Shown here piece after piece: positions 36,660-46,026 of a stretch of 54,407 nucleotides of DNA. Both the position numbers and the translations under genes were made by a program. The DNA is from an uncultured bacterium (lineage in GTDB: Bacteria > Bdellovibrionota_B > Oligoflexia > CAYFLR01). The first letter of the stretch is position 1. Each line of letters starts with the position of its first letter. The stretch covers positions 47,168 through 101,574 of the forward strand of contig CAYFLR010000013.1 of NCBI GenBank assembly GCA_964343805.1, in the 5' to 3' direction. The notes below the pieces were generated by a model. It was not told the DNA's origin. It did no database searches and saw only the letters and a list, made by a program, of their open reading frames with translations.

Positions 36660-37253
36660 TTATATAAAAACCAAATCCTGCACAATTCTATCATAGTTCC
36701 GGCAAAAGTAATCATCACTCCCACGCAGCAAAGTATAACGAGTTGATTTTACCAACTTCAAACCAACAAGCCTGTTTCTATACCCAAATAGGCTTGACCT
36801 TGGGTCGTCCTCAAGTTGATATTGACTCGGTATGTTAATATGCTTAAGAGAATTAAAAAGGACATATCTAAAACCATTCAGGATATACCGACCTGTTTTT
36901 AATGGCGACATCCAATATCGATCATGGAACAGCTGCCCTCTTCTCTTATGAAAACGATTTACCGCTCGGCTCACTTGAGAATTAAACATCCTCATAGCAT
37001 CTCCGAATAGCATATCTCTCCCCACTTTTCCTTCGTCCGTCTCCTTATCAAATTGAACAATCAGATGGATGTGATTAGAGAGAATAGAATACGCGGACAA
37101 GGCCACCCCGGGCCTTTTGGAAAGCAGATTTAATAGATGAATAATCGTCTTTCGTAAACTAGGATGATTGAAATTAATCCCTTTCACAGTTGTTTTCACT
37201 GCTATGTGATGGGGTTTTGCTTTTAAAAACTTTCTAGGTTTATGGGAAATCAT
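36660..37253 (-). CDS. IS200/RayT-like Y1 (HUH) transposase family protein
   Basis: HUH motif in YSILSNHIHLIVQF. DRYW and FRYVLFNSLKH resemble the catalytic-Tyr helix (Y-x-x-x-N-P/S). 197 aa, single gene, no obvious flanking inverted repeats or REP hairpins. Confidence 0.7.
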   Translation of the reverse strand: MISHKPRKFLKAKPHHIAVKTTVKGINFNHPSLRKTIIHLLNLLSKRPGVALSAYSILSNHIHLIVQFDKETDEGKVGRDMLFGDAMRMFNSQVSRAVNRFHKRRGQLFHDRYWMSPLKTGRYILNGFRYVLFNSLKHINIPSQYQLEDDPRSSLFGYRNRLVGLKLVKSTRYTLLRGSDDYFCRNYDRIVQDLVFI

Positions 37254-37430
37254 CCAAACTTCCTTTCATCATTTTCACCCCACTATGGTTAGCAAATAAT
37301 CACTCCGAAGTCTATTTCTTAAATAATTTAATATCCTGTAATAACGTAATAATTTGCTCCGCCCCAAGGGTTTTACAGAAGCTGAGGTATATGACTAAAT
37401 ACTTTTTAAATTGGAACTAGCGAGGTAGGG

Positions 37431-38462
37431 CTAGGATTGAAATAGATCTGTATTTACTTGATACTTTTGGCCCAGTTCTTTTAAAGCATCCACGGGAATA
37501 TTAGCAGGAGAAATCCCCTCCTTCTGAGTTTTTTTATAGAAATCCCATCTCATTTGCCCTGGGACTCTCACCTCTTCTCCTGAATCCCAGAGGTAATTAC
37601 AAAGTCTTTGCATTCGCTCTTTAAAATCACCTGCTGGAAGAAAATGTTCTGGGTTTAAAGCTAGAATAAAGTGAGTGCTTTTACCCGCTCTCTCCCAATC
37701 GCTATACATACTTCTTACTTCTTTGGAGATCGCTCCTCCACTCAAGACACCAGATAGCATTTCCACCAGGATCATGATGCCAAAACCTCTAGCACCCCCA
37801 AAAGGCAAAGCTGTACCTTCTTTAAATTTATTTGGATCAAGTAGGGGATTGCCTTCTTTATCAATAGCCATTCCAGGGTCTAAAGGCAGACCTTTATTTT
37901 TCCGCCGACGGATTTCTGATCCCGCCACCGCGGCTGTGGCCATATCTAAAATAATAGGATGATTATTTGCAACTGGTGCTGCAAAACTAAACGGGTTGGT
38001 TCCCAATACGGAATTTAATCCACTATAGGCAGCAACTTTAGGAAAGGAGTTACTCATGACCACTCCTACCATACCCTCTTTAGCTGCCAACCAACTATAA
38101 TACCCTGCTGCTCCAAAATAATTACTATTTTTAACAGTCACCGCAGAAACACCACCTTCTTGGGCCAGAGTGATCGCTTTCTTGGTGGCCATCTGAGCAG
38201 CAACATGACCAATCCCATCTCCCGCATCAAGGGCGGCTGCACTGCCTTTTTCATTCTCCCAAATCATCTTAGCTGGAGACTTCATTAAGCCAGATTCCAG
38301 CCGCTTACACAAAATAGGAAGCCGCTCGACCCCTTGTTCTGTTCGACCGACTTGATCAGCCCAAGATAAGATTGATGTTAGTTCAGTGGCATCTTCCGAA
38401 GATGCTCCAGCTCCTTTGAGCACACCTTTAGCAAAATTATTCAGTTCTTCCATTTTAATCAT
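37431..38462 (-). CDS. Ldh_2-family (malate/L-lactate/sulfolactate-type) NAD(P)H-dependent dehydrogenase
   Basis: NSNYFGAAGYY, GTNPFSFAAP and PFGGARGFG are the conserved Ldh_2 blocks. Confidence 0.85.
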   Translation of the reverse strand: MIKMEELNNFAKGVLKGAGASSEDATELTSILSWADQVGRTEQGVERLPILCKRLESGLMKSPAKMIWENEKGSAAALDAGDGIGHVAAQMATKKAITLAQEGGVSAVTVKNSNYFGAAGYYSWLAAKEGMVGVVMSNSFPKVAAYSGLNSVLGTNPFSFAAPVANNHPIILDMATAAVAGSEIRRRKNKGLPLDPGMAIDKEGNPLLDPNKFKEGTALPFGGARGFGIMILVEMLSGVLSGGAISKEVRSMYSDWERAGKSTHFILALNPEHFLPAGDFKERMQRLCNYLWDSGEEVRVPGQMRWDFYKKTQKEGISPANIPVDALKELGQKYQVNTDLFQS

Positions 38463-38611
38463 GAGTCATCCTATCCTCTAGAGATTTAAGCTTGTTTATG
38501 GTAAAATTTAGCATTGTATTCACTTTAATTCTAGTTAAACCTAGATCCAAAACTTCTGAGGATCCAGGATTAAATTAAACGCTTAAAAAGCTTTGCGTGG
38601 TGAGAGGACCT

Positions 38612-39382
38612 ATGAAAAAAAATAAATTATTAGAGATTTGGAAAAATGGAGATCCAGTGGTCAACGGATGGTTAACCATTCCTAGCTCCTTTTCGGCAGA
38701 AGTGATGTCACAGCAAGGATTTGATTCTATTGTAGTAGATATGCAACATGGCGCTATTGATTACCAAACTGCCTTTACTATGATCCAAGGGATATCAACT
38801 ACTGATGTGGTTCCCATGGCCCGAGTTCCATGGAGTGAGCCGGCATGGATTATGAAGATTTTAGATGCAGGTGCCTACGGAGTGGTTGTGCCAATGATCA
38901 ATACCCCAGAGCAGGCAGAAGAGCTAGTAAGAATTTGTAAATATCCTCCTCGTGGATTCCGCAGTTGTGGACCCGTGAGAGCCAAATATGCTTGTGGTGG
39001 AAATTATCTTGATGAAGCTAATGACAATGTCCTTGTCATACCTCAAATTGAAACTGGTGAGGCTTTAGAAAACTTAGATGGAATTCTAAGCACCCCGGGA
39101 GTGGATGCGGTTTATGTAGGTCCATCTGATTTGGCCATGGCCTTAGGATCACATGCCCGAACTGGTCAAAAAGATGAAGTAGTAGTGAACGCCAAAAAGC
39201 AGGTAGTGGAGGCTTGTAATAAACACAATGTCATCGCCGGAATCCATACCCCATCAGCTGAGGCAGCGGCAAATCTGGTTAAAGAGGGTTACCGTTTTGT
39301 CACCATTGCTTCCGATGATCGCTTTTTAGCTGCCAAAGCCAAGAATGAAGTGGCAACCATTCGCAACGCAATCAAAGGATAG
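38612..39382 (+). CDS. HpcH/HpaI-family class II (pyruvate) aldolase
   Basis: VVDMQHG, ARVPW, GVVVPMINTPEQAEE and IPQIETGEALENLDGILSTPGVDAVYVGPSDLA. ATG at 38612 after GAGAGGA; the ORF-track GTG at 38597 is possible. Confidence 0.85.
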   Translation: MKKNKLLEIWKNGDPVVNGWLTIPSSFSAEVMSQQGFDSIVVDMQHGAIDYQTAFTMIQGISTTDVVPMARVPWSEPAWIMKILDAGAYGVVVPMINTPEQAEELVRICKYPPRGFRSCGPVRAKYACGGNYLDEANDNVLVIPQIETGEALENLDGILSTPGVDAVYVGPSDLAMALGSHARTGQKDEVVVNAKKQVVEACNKHNVIAGIHTPSAEAAANLVKEGYRFVTIASDDRFLAAKAKNEVATIRNAIKG

Positions 39383-39390
39383 GAATTCAT

Positions 39391-40290
39391 ATGAAAACAC
39401 TTGTTATTGGTGGTGCCGGTTTTATTGGAAGTCATGTGGCTGATTTATTAGCCACTAAAGATCATGAAATCACCATCTTTGACCGCATGGAGAGCCCCTA
39501 TTTAAAAGAAGGATTTCACACCATTGTTGGAGATATTAACGATCCAAAGGCGCTGGAAGATGCGGTGAAGGGCAAAGATTATGTGCTCAATTTTGCTGGT
39601 ATCGCAGGTTTAAATGATGCCAAAGAACATCCCATTGATGCAGCCACCATTAACATTTTAGGCAACCTCAATGTACTTGAAGCTTTGCGCAAACATCCAC
39701 CGAGGCGCTATGTTTTTGCCAGTACCTTTTATGTTTATAGTACCTCGGGGTCCATCTATCGAATCACCAAGCAGTCCAGCGAAATGTTTGTGGAGGAATA
39801 CTCAAAGCAGTATGGAATAAATTTTAGTATTCTAAGATATGGTTCAGTTTATGGCACCAGAGCTGGTTACGCTAATGCTATCTATCGATTTCTAAGAGAG
39901 GCGGTTGAGTTTGGCAGCATCACTCGTAAAGGAAGTGGAAGTGACCAACGAGAATACATCAGCGTCATTGATGCCGCCACCTCCACCTATCAAATCATGG
40001 TGGATCCGGAATGTGAAAACAAACATTATATTCTGGCAGGCCAGCAAAAATTCAAAGTGGATGATCTCTTTCACATGATCAATGAGATGATGGGAGGCCG
40101 GCTCTCAATTACTTATCAACCCGGTGATCTCAACACACATGGACATTATAGTATTACTCCCTACTCATTCAAACCCGCTCAAGCCACTCGTTACACCCTA
40201 AACTGTTATCACGATTTAGGACAGGGAATGCTCGAAATGATGCACGAAATTCATGATCAACTGAACCAAGAAAAAGAAAAATCAGAATAA
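39391..40290 (+). CDS. NAD-dependent epimerase/dehydratase (extended SDR)
   Basis: LVIGGAGFIGSHVADLL Rossmann motif and the catalytic YRITK (YxxxK). Confidence 0.85.
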   Translation: MKTLVIGGAGFIGSHVADLLATKDHEITIFDRMESPYLKEGFHTIVGDINDPKALEDAVKGKDYVLNFAGIAGLNDAKEHPIDAATINILGNLNVLEALRKHPPRRYVFASTFYVYSTSGSIYRITKQSSEMFVEEYSKQYGINFSILRYGSVYGTRAGYANAIYRFLREAVEFGSITRKGSGSDQREYISVIDAATSTYQIMVDPECENKHYILAGQQKFKVDDLFHMINEMMGGRLSITYQPGDLNTHGHYSITPYSFKPAQATRYTLNCYHDLGQGMLEMMHEIHDQLNQEKEKSE

Positions 40291-40293
40291 ATA

Positions 40294-41232
40294 TTATTTA
40301 ATAAAATAATCTCTGAGATGATCGATGGCACTGTCTCCCATCGCATGAATGGATCGGCGTGAATTACCTGCCACATGGGGAGTGCAAAAAAGGTTAGGTA
40401 GGCTTAAATACTCTTGATCCTTAGGTGGCTCTTCTTCATAAACATCAATGGCGGCGGCTTTAATGGTTCCTTCTTGAAGAGCCAACTTAAGATCATCCGC
40501 TTTAACTACTTTTCCTCTCGCCGTATTGATAATGATACAGTTAGATTTCATCTGCTTCAAAGTCTCAGTACAAACCATGTACTCGGTGAGTTCTGTTAAG
40601 GGCACATGATAGCTTATTATATCCGCCGCTTTGTACATCTCTTCTTTTGAGACGTGGGTGACTCCATTTTGCTGGTAGTATTCATCTTGCTCGATAATAT
40701 CGTTCACCAATATTTTGCAGCCAAAGGGTTTTAAAATTCGAATCAGCTCTTTACCAATATGTCCAATACCAATAATACCAATAGTAGATTCATGAATTTC
40801 TAGACCTCCATCTTTATGCCAGGTCCCCGCCTTCAATTGCAAGGAAGAGGTAAAGAGATTACGTGAAAGGGCAATCATAAAAGAGACCACCTCTTCGGCG
40901 ACCGAAGCTCGATTGACTCCTCCTGTCCATCCGACTTTCACCCCTCTTTTTTCAAAGGCATCTAATTCCAAATTATCTAATCCCACACCATATTTTGCTG
41001 CAATCTTAAGATCTGGACAAGCAGCTAGAACACTATCATCCATGGGCTCCAGACCTATTACCACGCCATCCATTCCTTGTAAATAATCAGCCACTTGATT
41101 CTTACTCATATATCCTGTGCTGCTTTTAAATTTGGTATTAGGAAAGTAGGACAAGATCCTTTCTTTAAGATAAGTTGATTTGCTAAAGGAATTGGAAGTC
41201 ACCGCAATTTTTTTATCTGATGTTTTGATAAT
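40294..41232 (-). CDS. D-isomer-specific 2-hydroxyacid dehydrogenase, probably with a non-canonical ATT/ATC start
   Basis: IGIIGIGHIGKEL, NTARG, DVYEEEP and TPHVAGNS (the R/E/H catalytic set). The frame is open upstream of the ORF-track GTG (41202) back to 41256 and encodes the expected first strand KKIAVTSNSF. AAGGAG (41241-41236) sits 3-6 nt before ATT (41232) and ATC (41229). There is no ATG/GTG/TTG in between. Confidence 0.8.
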   Translation of the reverse strand: MIKTSDKKIAVTSNSFSKSTYLKERILSYFPNTKFKSSTGYMSKNQVADYLQGMDGVVIGLEPMDDSVLAACPDLKIAAKYGVGLDNLELDAFEKRGVKVGWTGGVNRASVAEEVVSFMIALSRNLFTSSLQLKAGTWHKDGGLEIHESTIGIIGIGHIGKELIRILKPFGCKILVNDIIEQDEYYQQNGVTHVSKEEMYKAADIISYHVPLTELTEYMVCTETLKQMKSNCIIINTARGKVVKADDLKLALQEGTIKAAAIDVYEEEPPKDQEYLSLPNLFCTPHVAGNSRRSIHAMGDSAIDHLRDYFIK

Positions 41233-41248
41233 AAACTCCTTATGAAAG

Positions 41249-42436
41249 TTAAAGCCCTAATCGATTAAATAACCTTGCCTTTAAATCCCAATACAATTGA
41301 ACAATGGAAGGCAATGGATCATGCCAAGCGAAAAAAGGAAACTGATGCCATCTGAGCCAAGAACGAACCCAAGCTGCAAAGGTGATTTTTCCTTCTCGTC
41401 GTAAACATCGATAGGAATCAATATCCTGAATGGGGTACCAAAGGGTCACATACTCTTTAAAGGAATCTAACTTAGGAACCGCTCTCCCTGTTAAATGGCA
41501 ATATACAAGATAAGCAACATCCATATTCGATTTCACCAGAATCTCATGAGCAGCAGTTATACGAGCATTGACTTCAATCAACTTAAGTTTATTGTCGCGA
41601 GCATCATGCTTAAATTCAATATTACAAAGACCAGTAAAACCAATTCCTCTAAAATATTTTTCACCCTCTTTGGCGGTATCAGGCAGCCATTTGGATTCAT
41701 GATAACAACCTCCACCAAAATTAGGCTGAGTCCGGCGAATCACTCGCTTGGTATATTTAAAAAGGTTATTTCCTTTGGCATCAATATGAGTGTAATAACT
41801 GCTATTACAGGTATCTGGCCCAGGAATAAATTCACAAATCATAAACTCAATTTGCTTGGCCTTAACCTCTTGTGCCCAACGCAGTAAGTCCTCTTTATTA
41901 TCAACTAACAGTAATTTTTTATCATAATGTTTTTGAAAAAGATGAGTAAAGATGGGCTTAATCAACACCGGATAAACAGCGGTATCAGCAATTTTTTGCA
42001 AATCATTCAGTTCATCCGGAAACCAAAACTTGGGAGCTTCAATCCCCACTTGCTCTGCGAGTTCGAGAGTCTTTCGTTTATTCAGCATATCCAGCTGTTT
42101 ACTGGGAATTTGACAGTCGAGGATGAAGTCTTTTTCCAGTTCGTCCCGTGCTTCGATCATAAAATCAATGGCGGAATCCCCACAGGCAAATATGACACTT
42201 CCCTTTAGCTCTGGGTATTTACCGGATAAAGTGATATCGCGATAGTGATCTACAGCCGAAACACCTTCCGGAATAGGGATGCCTTTTTTTAAATATCTCG
42301 ATTTATAAACAGCACAATCTGCATAGGTAGCTACTGTGACAGGAATTCCATATCCATGAAAGGCTCTTACAATGGCCAAAGTATTTTCGCGACCATCGAG
42401 TAACAGAACGGGGGCGAGATTATTTTCTATCGACAT
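41249..42436 (-). CDS. ATP-grasp ligase (COG3919-like carboxylate-amine ligase)
   Basis: VLLLDGRENTLAIVRAFHGYGIPV pre-ATP-grasp pattern, YPVLIKP, FMICEFIPG, and IEFKHDARDNKLKLIEVNARI (Mg/ATP site E-x-N). Start taken at the ATG at 42436 (MSIENN), overlapping the upstream gene by 17 nt. Confidence 0.75.
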   Translation of the reverse strand: MSIENNLAPVLLLDGRENTLAIVRAFHGYGIPVTVATYADCAVYKSRYLKKGIPIPEGVSAVDHYRDITLSGKYPELKGSVIFACGDSAIDFMIEARDELEKDFILDCQIPSKQLDMLNKRKTLELAEQVGIEAPKFWFPDELNDLQKIADTAVYPVLIKPIFTHLFQKHYDKKLLLVDNKEDLLRWAQEVKAKQIEFMICEFIPGPDTCNSSYYTHIDAKGNNLFKYTKRVIRRTQPNFGGGCYHESKWLPDTAKEGEKYFRGIGFTGLCNIEFKHDARDNKLKLIEVNARITAAHEILVKSNMDVAYLVYCHLTGRAVPKLDSFKEYVTLWYPIQDIDSYRCLRREGKITFAAWVRSWLRWHQFPFFAWHDPLPSIVQLYWDLKARLFNRLGL

Positions 42437-43499
42437 TATCAAGTGTTCCTTGTAACAAAATAGCTGCCACCGAATAATCTGGATCAGGATTCGCAACTAA
42501 ATAGTGATGATGGAGTCCTGGACCCGCATTAATATCAGTGGTAATAGCACCAGATTCTTTCAGATCCTGTTGAAGATTGGTCGCTAAGAGATCTAATCCA
42601 AATAGTTTAATCTGAAGAATATCGGCAATCTGCTCCCCAAGCTTAATAATTGAAGGATGGGGAGCTCCCTGCTCAATATGGTTTTCGGTAGCAGAGTTTT
42701 GATTCACCACTCGTTTTAAAATGATTCTCTCACCCTTAGCTGGTACCGACCCTGGATAGAGATTCTGACTCTCTAAATAGAGCTTTGCTTCGAGATCGAT
42801 CTCTAATGGATTTAAAGAAGTGATGGGATTTCCTTTCAATCTTTTTTCGTTTTCTAGTTCAACCAATCTGAGAATACTATGATTGCCATCTCCGATAATC
42901 ACAGGAGGATCTCTCCGAACTACATGAATCAGCTTCTTATTAAAAAAGAGCAGCCGGTAGGAATTTTTAGACACTTGTTCTTCTGCTAAAAATTCAGAAG
43001 AATAGGCTTTTGCCTTCACCAAAGCCCAAAAAAGTTGACTCTTGGTAGTTATACCGGTTGTTATACCCATCCCAGCACCGGTTCCGGAAGCTGGTTTTAT
43101 CACAATGGGATTACTTTTTGCTCTTAGAAAGTGTAAAACTGAGCCTAAATTATTAAGATTAAATTCTATAAAAGGGGGAGGTTTATAACCTTCAATTAAA
43201 GGAGTGAGTAAATGATGACCCACCGCCTTATCATCTGCTAGTAAAAGGCTCACAGAAGGGTCTAGATTCAAACCTGATTGTTTGACAAAGGTGGATTTCC
43301 CCTCCTTCTCAACTTGATAAAACCCATTGCCCAATTCTTTGATGGACGCACCTATATCGGCAGCAGTTTTAGGCCACAGCTCTTTGAAAAATTTTTGCCT
43401 GAGCTGACCATAGCGAGCATAATAATTTCGTCTTTGAAAATTAAAAAGGTTGATGATGCGGATCACCACCGACATGATATTTACAGCAAGTTTCAGCAT
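42420..43499 (-). CDS. ATP-grasp ligase resembling the ATP-grasp domain of cyanophycin synthetase
   Basis: PIVIKPASGTGAGMGIT, YRLLFFNKKLIHVVRRDPPVIIGDGNHSILRLVELENEKR, HPSIIKLGEQIA and LFGLDLL...DINAGPGLHHH are colinear with CphA-type ATP-grasp blocks. AGGAG RBS. Confidence 0.7.
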   Translation of the reverse strand: MLKLAVNIMSVVIRIINLFNFQRRNYYARYGQLRQKFFKELWPKTAADIGASIKELGNGFYQVEKEGKSTFVKQSGLNLDPSVSLLLADDKAVGHHLLTPLIEGYKPPPFIEFNLNNLGSVLHFLRAKSNPIVIKPASGTGAGMGITTGITTKSQLFWALVKAKAYSSEFLAEEQVSKNSYRLLFFNKKLIHVVRRDPPVIIGDGNHSILRLVELENEKRLKGNPITSLNPLEIDLEAKLYLESQNLYPGSVPAKGERIILKRVVNQNSATENHIEQGAPHPSIIKLGEQIADILQIKLFGLDLLATNLQQDLKESGAITTDINAGPGLHHHYLVANPDPDYSVAAILLQGTLDNVDRK

Positions 43500-43545
43500 A
43501 ATAATCTCCTGGCAACCGTCTGCAAATTATATATTAATATCTGGC

Positions 43546-45861
43546 TTATAACAAGGAGGGATCCTCATGATCAGATAGGGTAATCTCTTCGCCTTGAGCC
43601 AATTCTTGCCCCTTATAGAGCGCATCGGCAGCTAAAATTCCTCTATGCACTCGACCGGAAGGATAAAGATTGATTGAGCTTTCAGCCACAAAAGTAAAAG
43701 GTCCCTGTTTATAATCCTTAGATAGAATTGCATTTTGAACTCGTTCATTTTCATAGAAAGTGACCCACTTAAACTCTCTCACTGGCACACCAAAAATTTC
43801 ATATTCCCAAATGAGATGTGTTTTACGAGGGTGACCGGAGGGATAAAATTCGGTCTGCTCGAAGTAATGATATCCCCTTGAATCCTTGGCGCGCCAAATA
43901 TTAGTAGACTTCAAATTTCCATTGGGCCAAAACTCCACCGGAAAGTCATCGGTAATCTGAAAGTTTTTAGACTTCCAGAAGGCACCCGTAACAAAGGACT
44001 TAACTTTGCCATCTTCATAAAAAGAGACATATTCACCGGCTTTCAAAGGAAATCCTTCCCATTCCATAGCCTGTCTAACAAAGAGTCTTTTGAGTTGGCA
44101 ATTCCCATAAAAAACCTTGGTTTCCGCCAGACCCGCTTCATGACAAAGAGCAATTAAAGAGGGAAGATCTTTGGTGATATCATAAGAGGTTTTTTCATAA
44201 TGTTGAACCAGATGATCCAGGGCGTCTCCTCGCATCTCTTTTTTACTTTCATCTGCTACAATCACCTCTAGGGCCTCGGGACGAGAGCTATCCAGAATAT
44301 CAAAACTCATACCTGGAACGTACTCATTGCCGTGTTCTCCACTTACTAAGAAAGGAGAATTCGTCTTGGAAATTCTTTTAGCAAGTCGATTGATCTTGGT
44401 AATAATACCTAACCAGGAAAGGGATTTCTTTTGATAATTTGACCATCTAGGCTTCTTAATGGCACGCGCCGCAGTTTCAAGAGGTTTTAAAAGACCCATT
44501 TGATGACCTTCCCCTTTGATGCCATCATAAGTGGTTATCACATCAATGTATTTTGCATCTTTGACAGCCAGAACCGAATTCACTCCATAGGCATAGCTAG
44601 AACAGCCATTCAAAAGTACAATTTGATAACGATTGGCTGGGTAAAGTTCAGGAACGGTAAAGTGACGCTCTATATTTTGTCCATAACCAGAATGTCCGTT
44701 ATAAATAATTATCTCATCATTACCTAAAGCCCATTTGAGTTTTAAATTGGGAGCTTCATGATATTCACTGAGAATGCTGGTGATGTTAAATCGGATTCCG
44801 CCTACTGTTTTCTGTAATGCCACTTCACTGATATGGCCCTCATCATCTTTCTTAACTAAAGTTTTTCGGTAACCACTTCGACTCAATCGGCGCACGAATC
44901 TCTTCATAAAACCAGGGGAAGACTGACCCACCGGGCTAAATAATACAAAGATGTCAACCTGCCCATCTTTAAACAACTGCTGATACTCTGGGTATTTAAC
45001 GGATGCCAGCTTTGGCTTGATATCTGTAATCGTTAAATTGACTGTATTTAAGGTTTTACAACCTCTGATTTTCTGATTGTAGTAATAAAAAAAGTTAAGT
45101 GGAGAGATCCCATCTCCGTCTGGCTTAATGCAGGTGGATTCTCTGGTGCCCTTAGCACTTTTTTCCATCAGCATCTGGCGTTCTAGATTATCTAACACTT
45201 TTAAATTCTGACCTTTTTTTACTAAATCGATAGAATTATGATAAAAATCAATGAATTCACTTCCCATGGACTGATAGAAAACCCCCAGTACATCCTGAGG
45301 AACCGGAATCTGATATCCAACACTCAGTAAACTTCTTGATTCACCAGAGAGCTCGGATTTTGACATTTGAATACCAGTACATAGAGCCACATAGTCAATG
45401 GTAATGAGGCCGGAATTATCTTTAACTTTAACCTCTGAAGAGATGATCTTGTCCAAAGTGAGTACAATTCTCTCTGATGCCAAAGGATACCAGGAGTATT
45501 TGATCTGTCTTTTGACCCAACCTTCGATGGCTTTATGATCTTTGATTGCGGGTAGAAGATCTTGAATTTTTTGACGAATTTTAAATTTTAGCTCTTCAGG
45601 ATTGGACAGAGATTCTTTAAGATTGACGATGCCAGGATCTTTCTGATGATCGAAGATTTCTCTTTGTAGGTCATAGAGAGCGGCCAATAATAAGGGCTCC
45701 TCATGGGCAGGGATTTGCAGCGAACCTTCTATAACATAGTTAAATTCTTCAACATAATTGGAAAGAGTCTTCACCTCACTGGGGGTCTCTTGATGACATC
45801 CATGGAGAAAAACAAAAAACAATGTAAAAACAAATAGTTGAATCGGTAAAATTTTATTCAT
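43546..45861 (-). CDS. large lipoprotein with a clan-CD-like His/Cys dyad region and C-terminal MORN-variant repeats
   Basis: ATG at 45861 with GGAG 8 nt upstream. Lipobox FVFLHGC/HQE. EIIIYNGHSGYG..(30 aa)..QIVLLNGCSSYAYG. C-terminal repeats: FYEDGKVKSF, WPNGNLKST, FYPSGHPRKT, FYENERVQNA, LYPSGRVHRG. Confidence 0.6.
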   Translation of the reverse strand: MNKILPIQLFVFTLFFVFLHGCHQETPSEVKTLSNYVEEFNYVIEGSLQIPAHEEPLLLAALYDLQREIFDHQKDPGIVNLKESLSNPEELKFKIRQKIQDLLPAIKDHKAIEGWVKRQIKYSWYPLASERIVLTLDKIISSEVKVKDNSGLITIDYVALCTGIQMSKSELSGESRSLLSVGYQIPVPQDVLGVFYQSMGSEFIDFYHNSIDLVKKGQNLKVLDNLERQMLMEKSAKGTRESTCIKPDGDGISPLNFFYYYNQKIRGCKTLNTVNLTITDIKPKLASVKYPEYQQLFKDGQVDIFVLFSPVGQSSPGFMKRFVRRLSRSGYRKTLVKKDDEGHISEVALQKTVGGIRFNITSILSEYHEAPNLKLKWALGNDEIIIYNGHSGYGQNIERHFTVPELYPANRYQIVLLNGCSSYAYGVNSVLAVKDAKYIDVITTYDGIKGEGHQMGLLKPLETAARAIKKPRWSNYQKKSLSWLGIITKINRLAKRISKTNSPFLVSGEHGNEYVPGMSFDILDSSRPEALEVIVADESKKEMRGDALDHLVQHYEKTSYDITKDLPSLIALCHEAGLAETKVFYGNCQLKRLFVRQAMEWEGFPLKAGEYVSFYEDGKVKSFVTGAFWKSKNFQITDDFPVEFWPNGNLKSTNIWRAKDSRGYHYFEQTEFYPSGHPRKTHLIWEYEIFGVPVREFKWVTFYENERVQNAILSKDYKQGPFTFVAESSINLYPSGRVHRGILAADALYKGQELAQGEEITLSDHEDPSLL

Positions 45862-46026
45862 GACAGTCTCCGGCAAAAAATATCCGACCTCATAAATACC
45901 CATATTTTTAGTAAATGTCAATAATTTTTGTGTTTTTACCAAATTAAAATAAGCATAAACCCAATAGACAGAGCTAATCTACTGATATAAAATCTAATTT
46001 TAATACTCAAACACTTTGGGGGAAAA

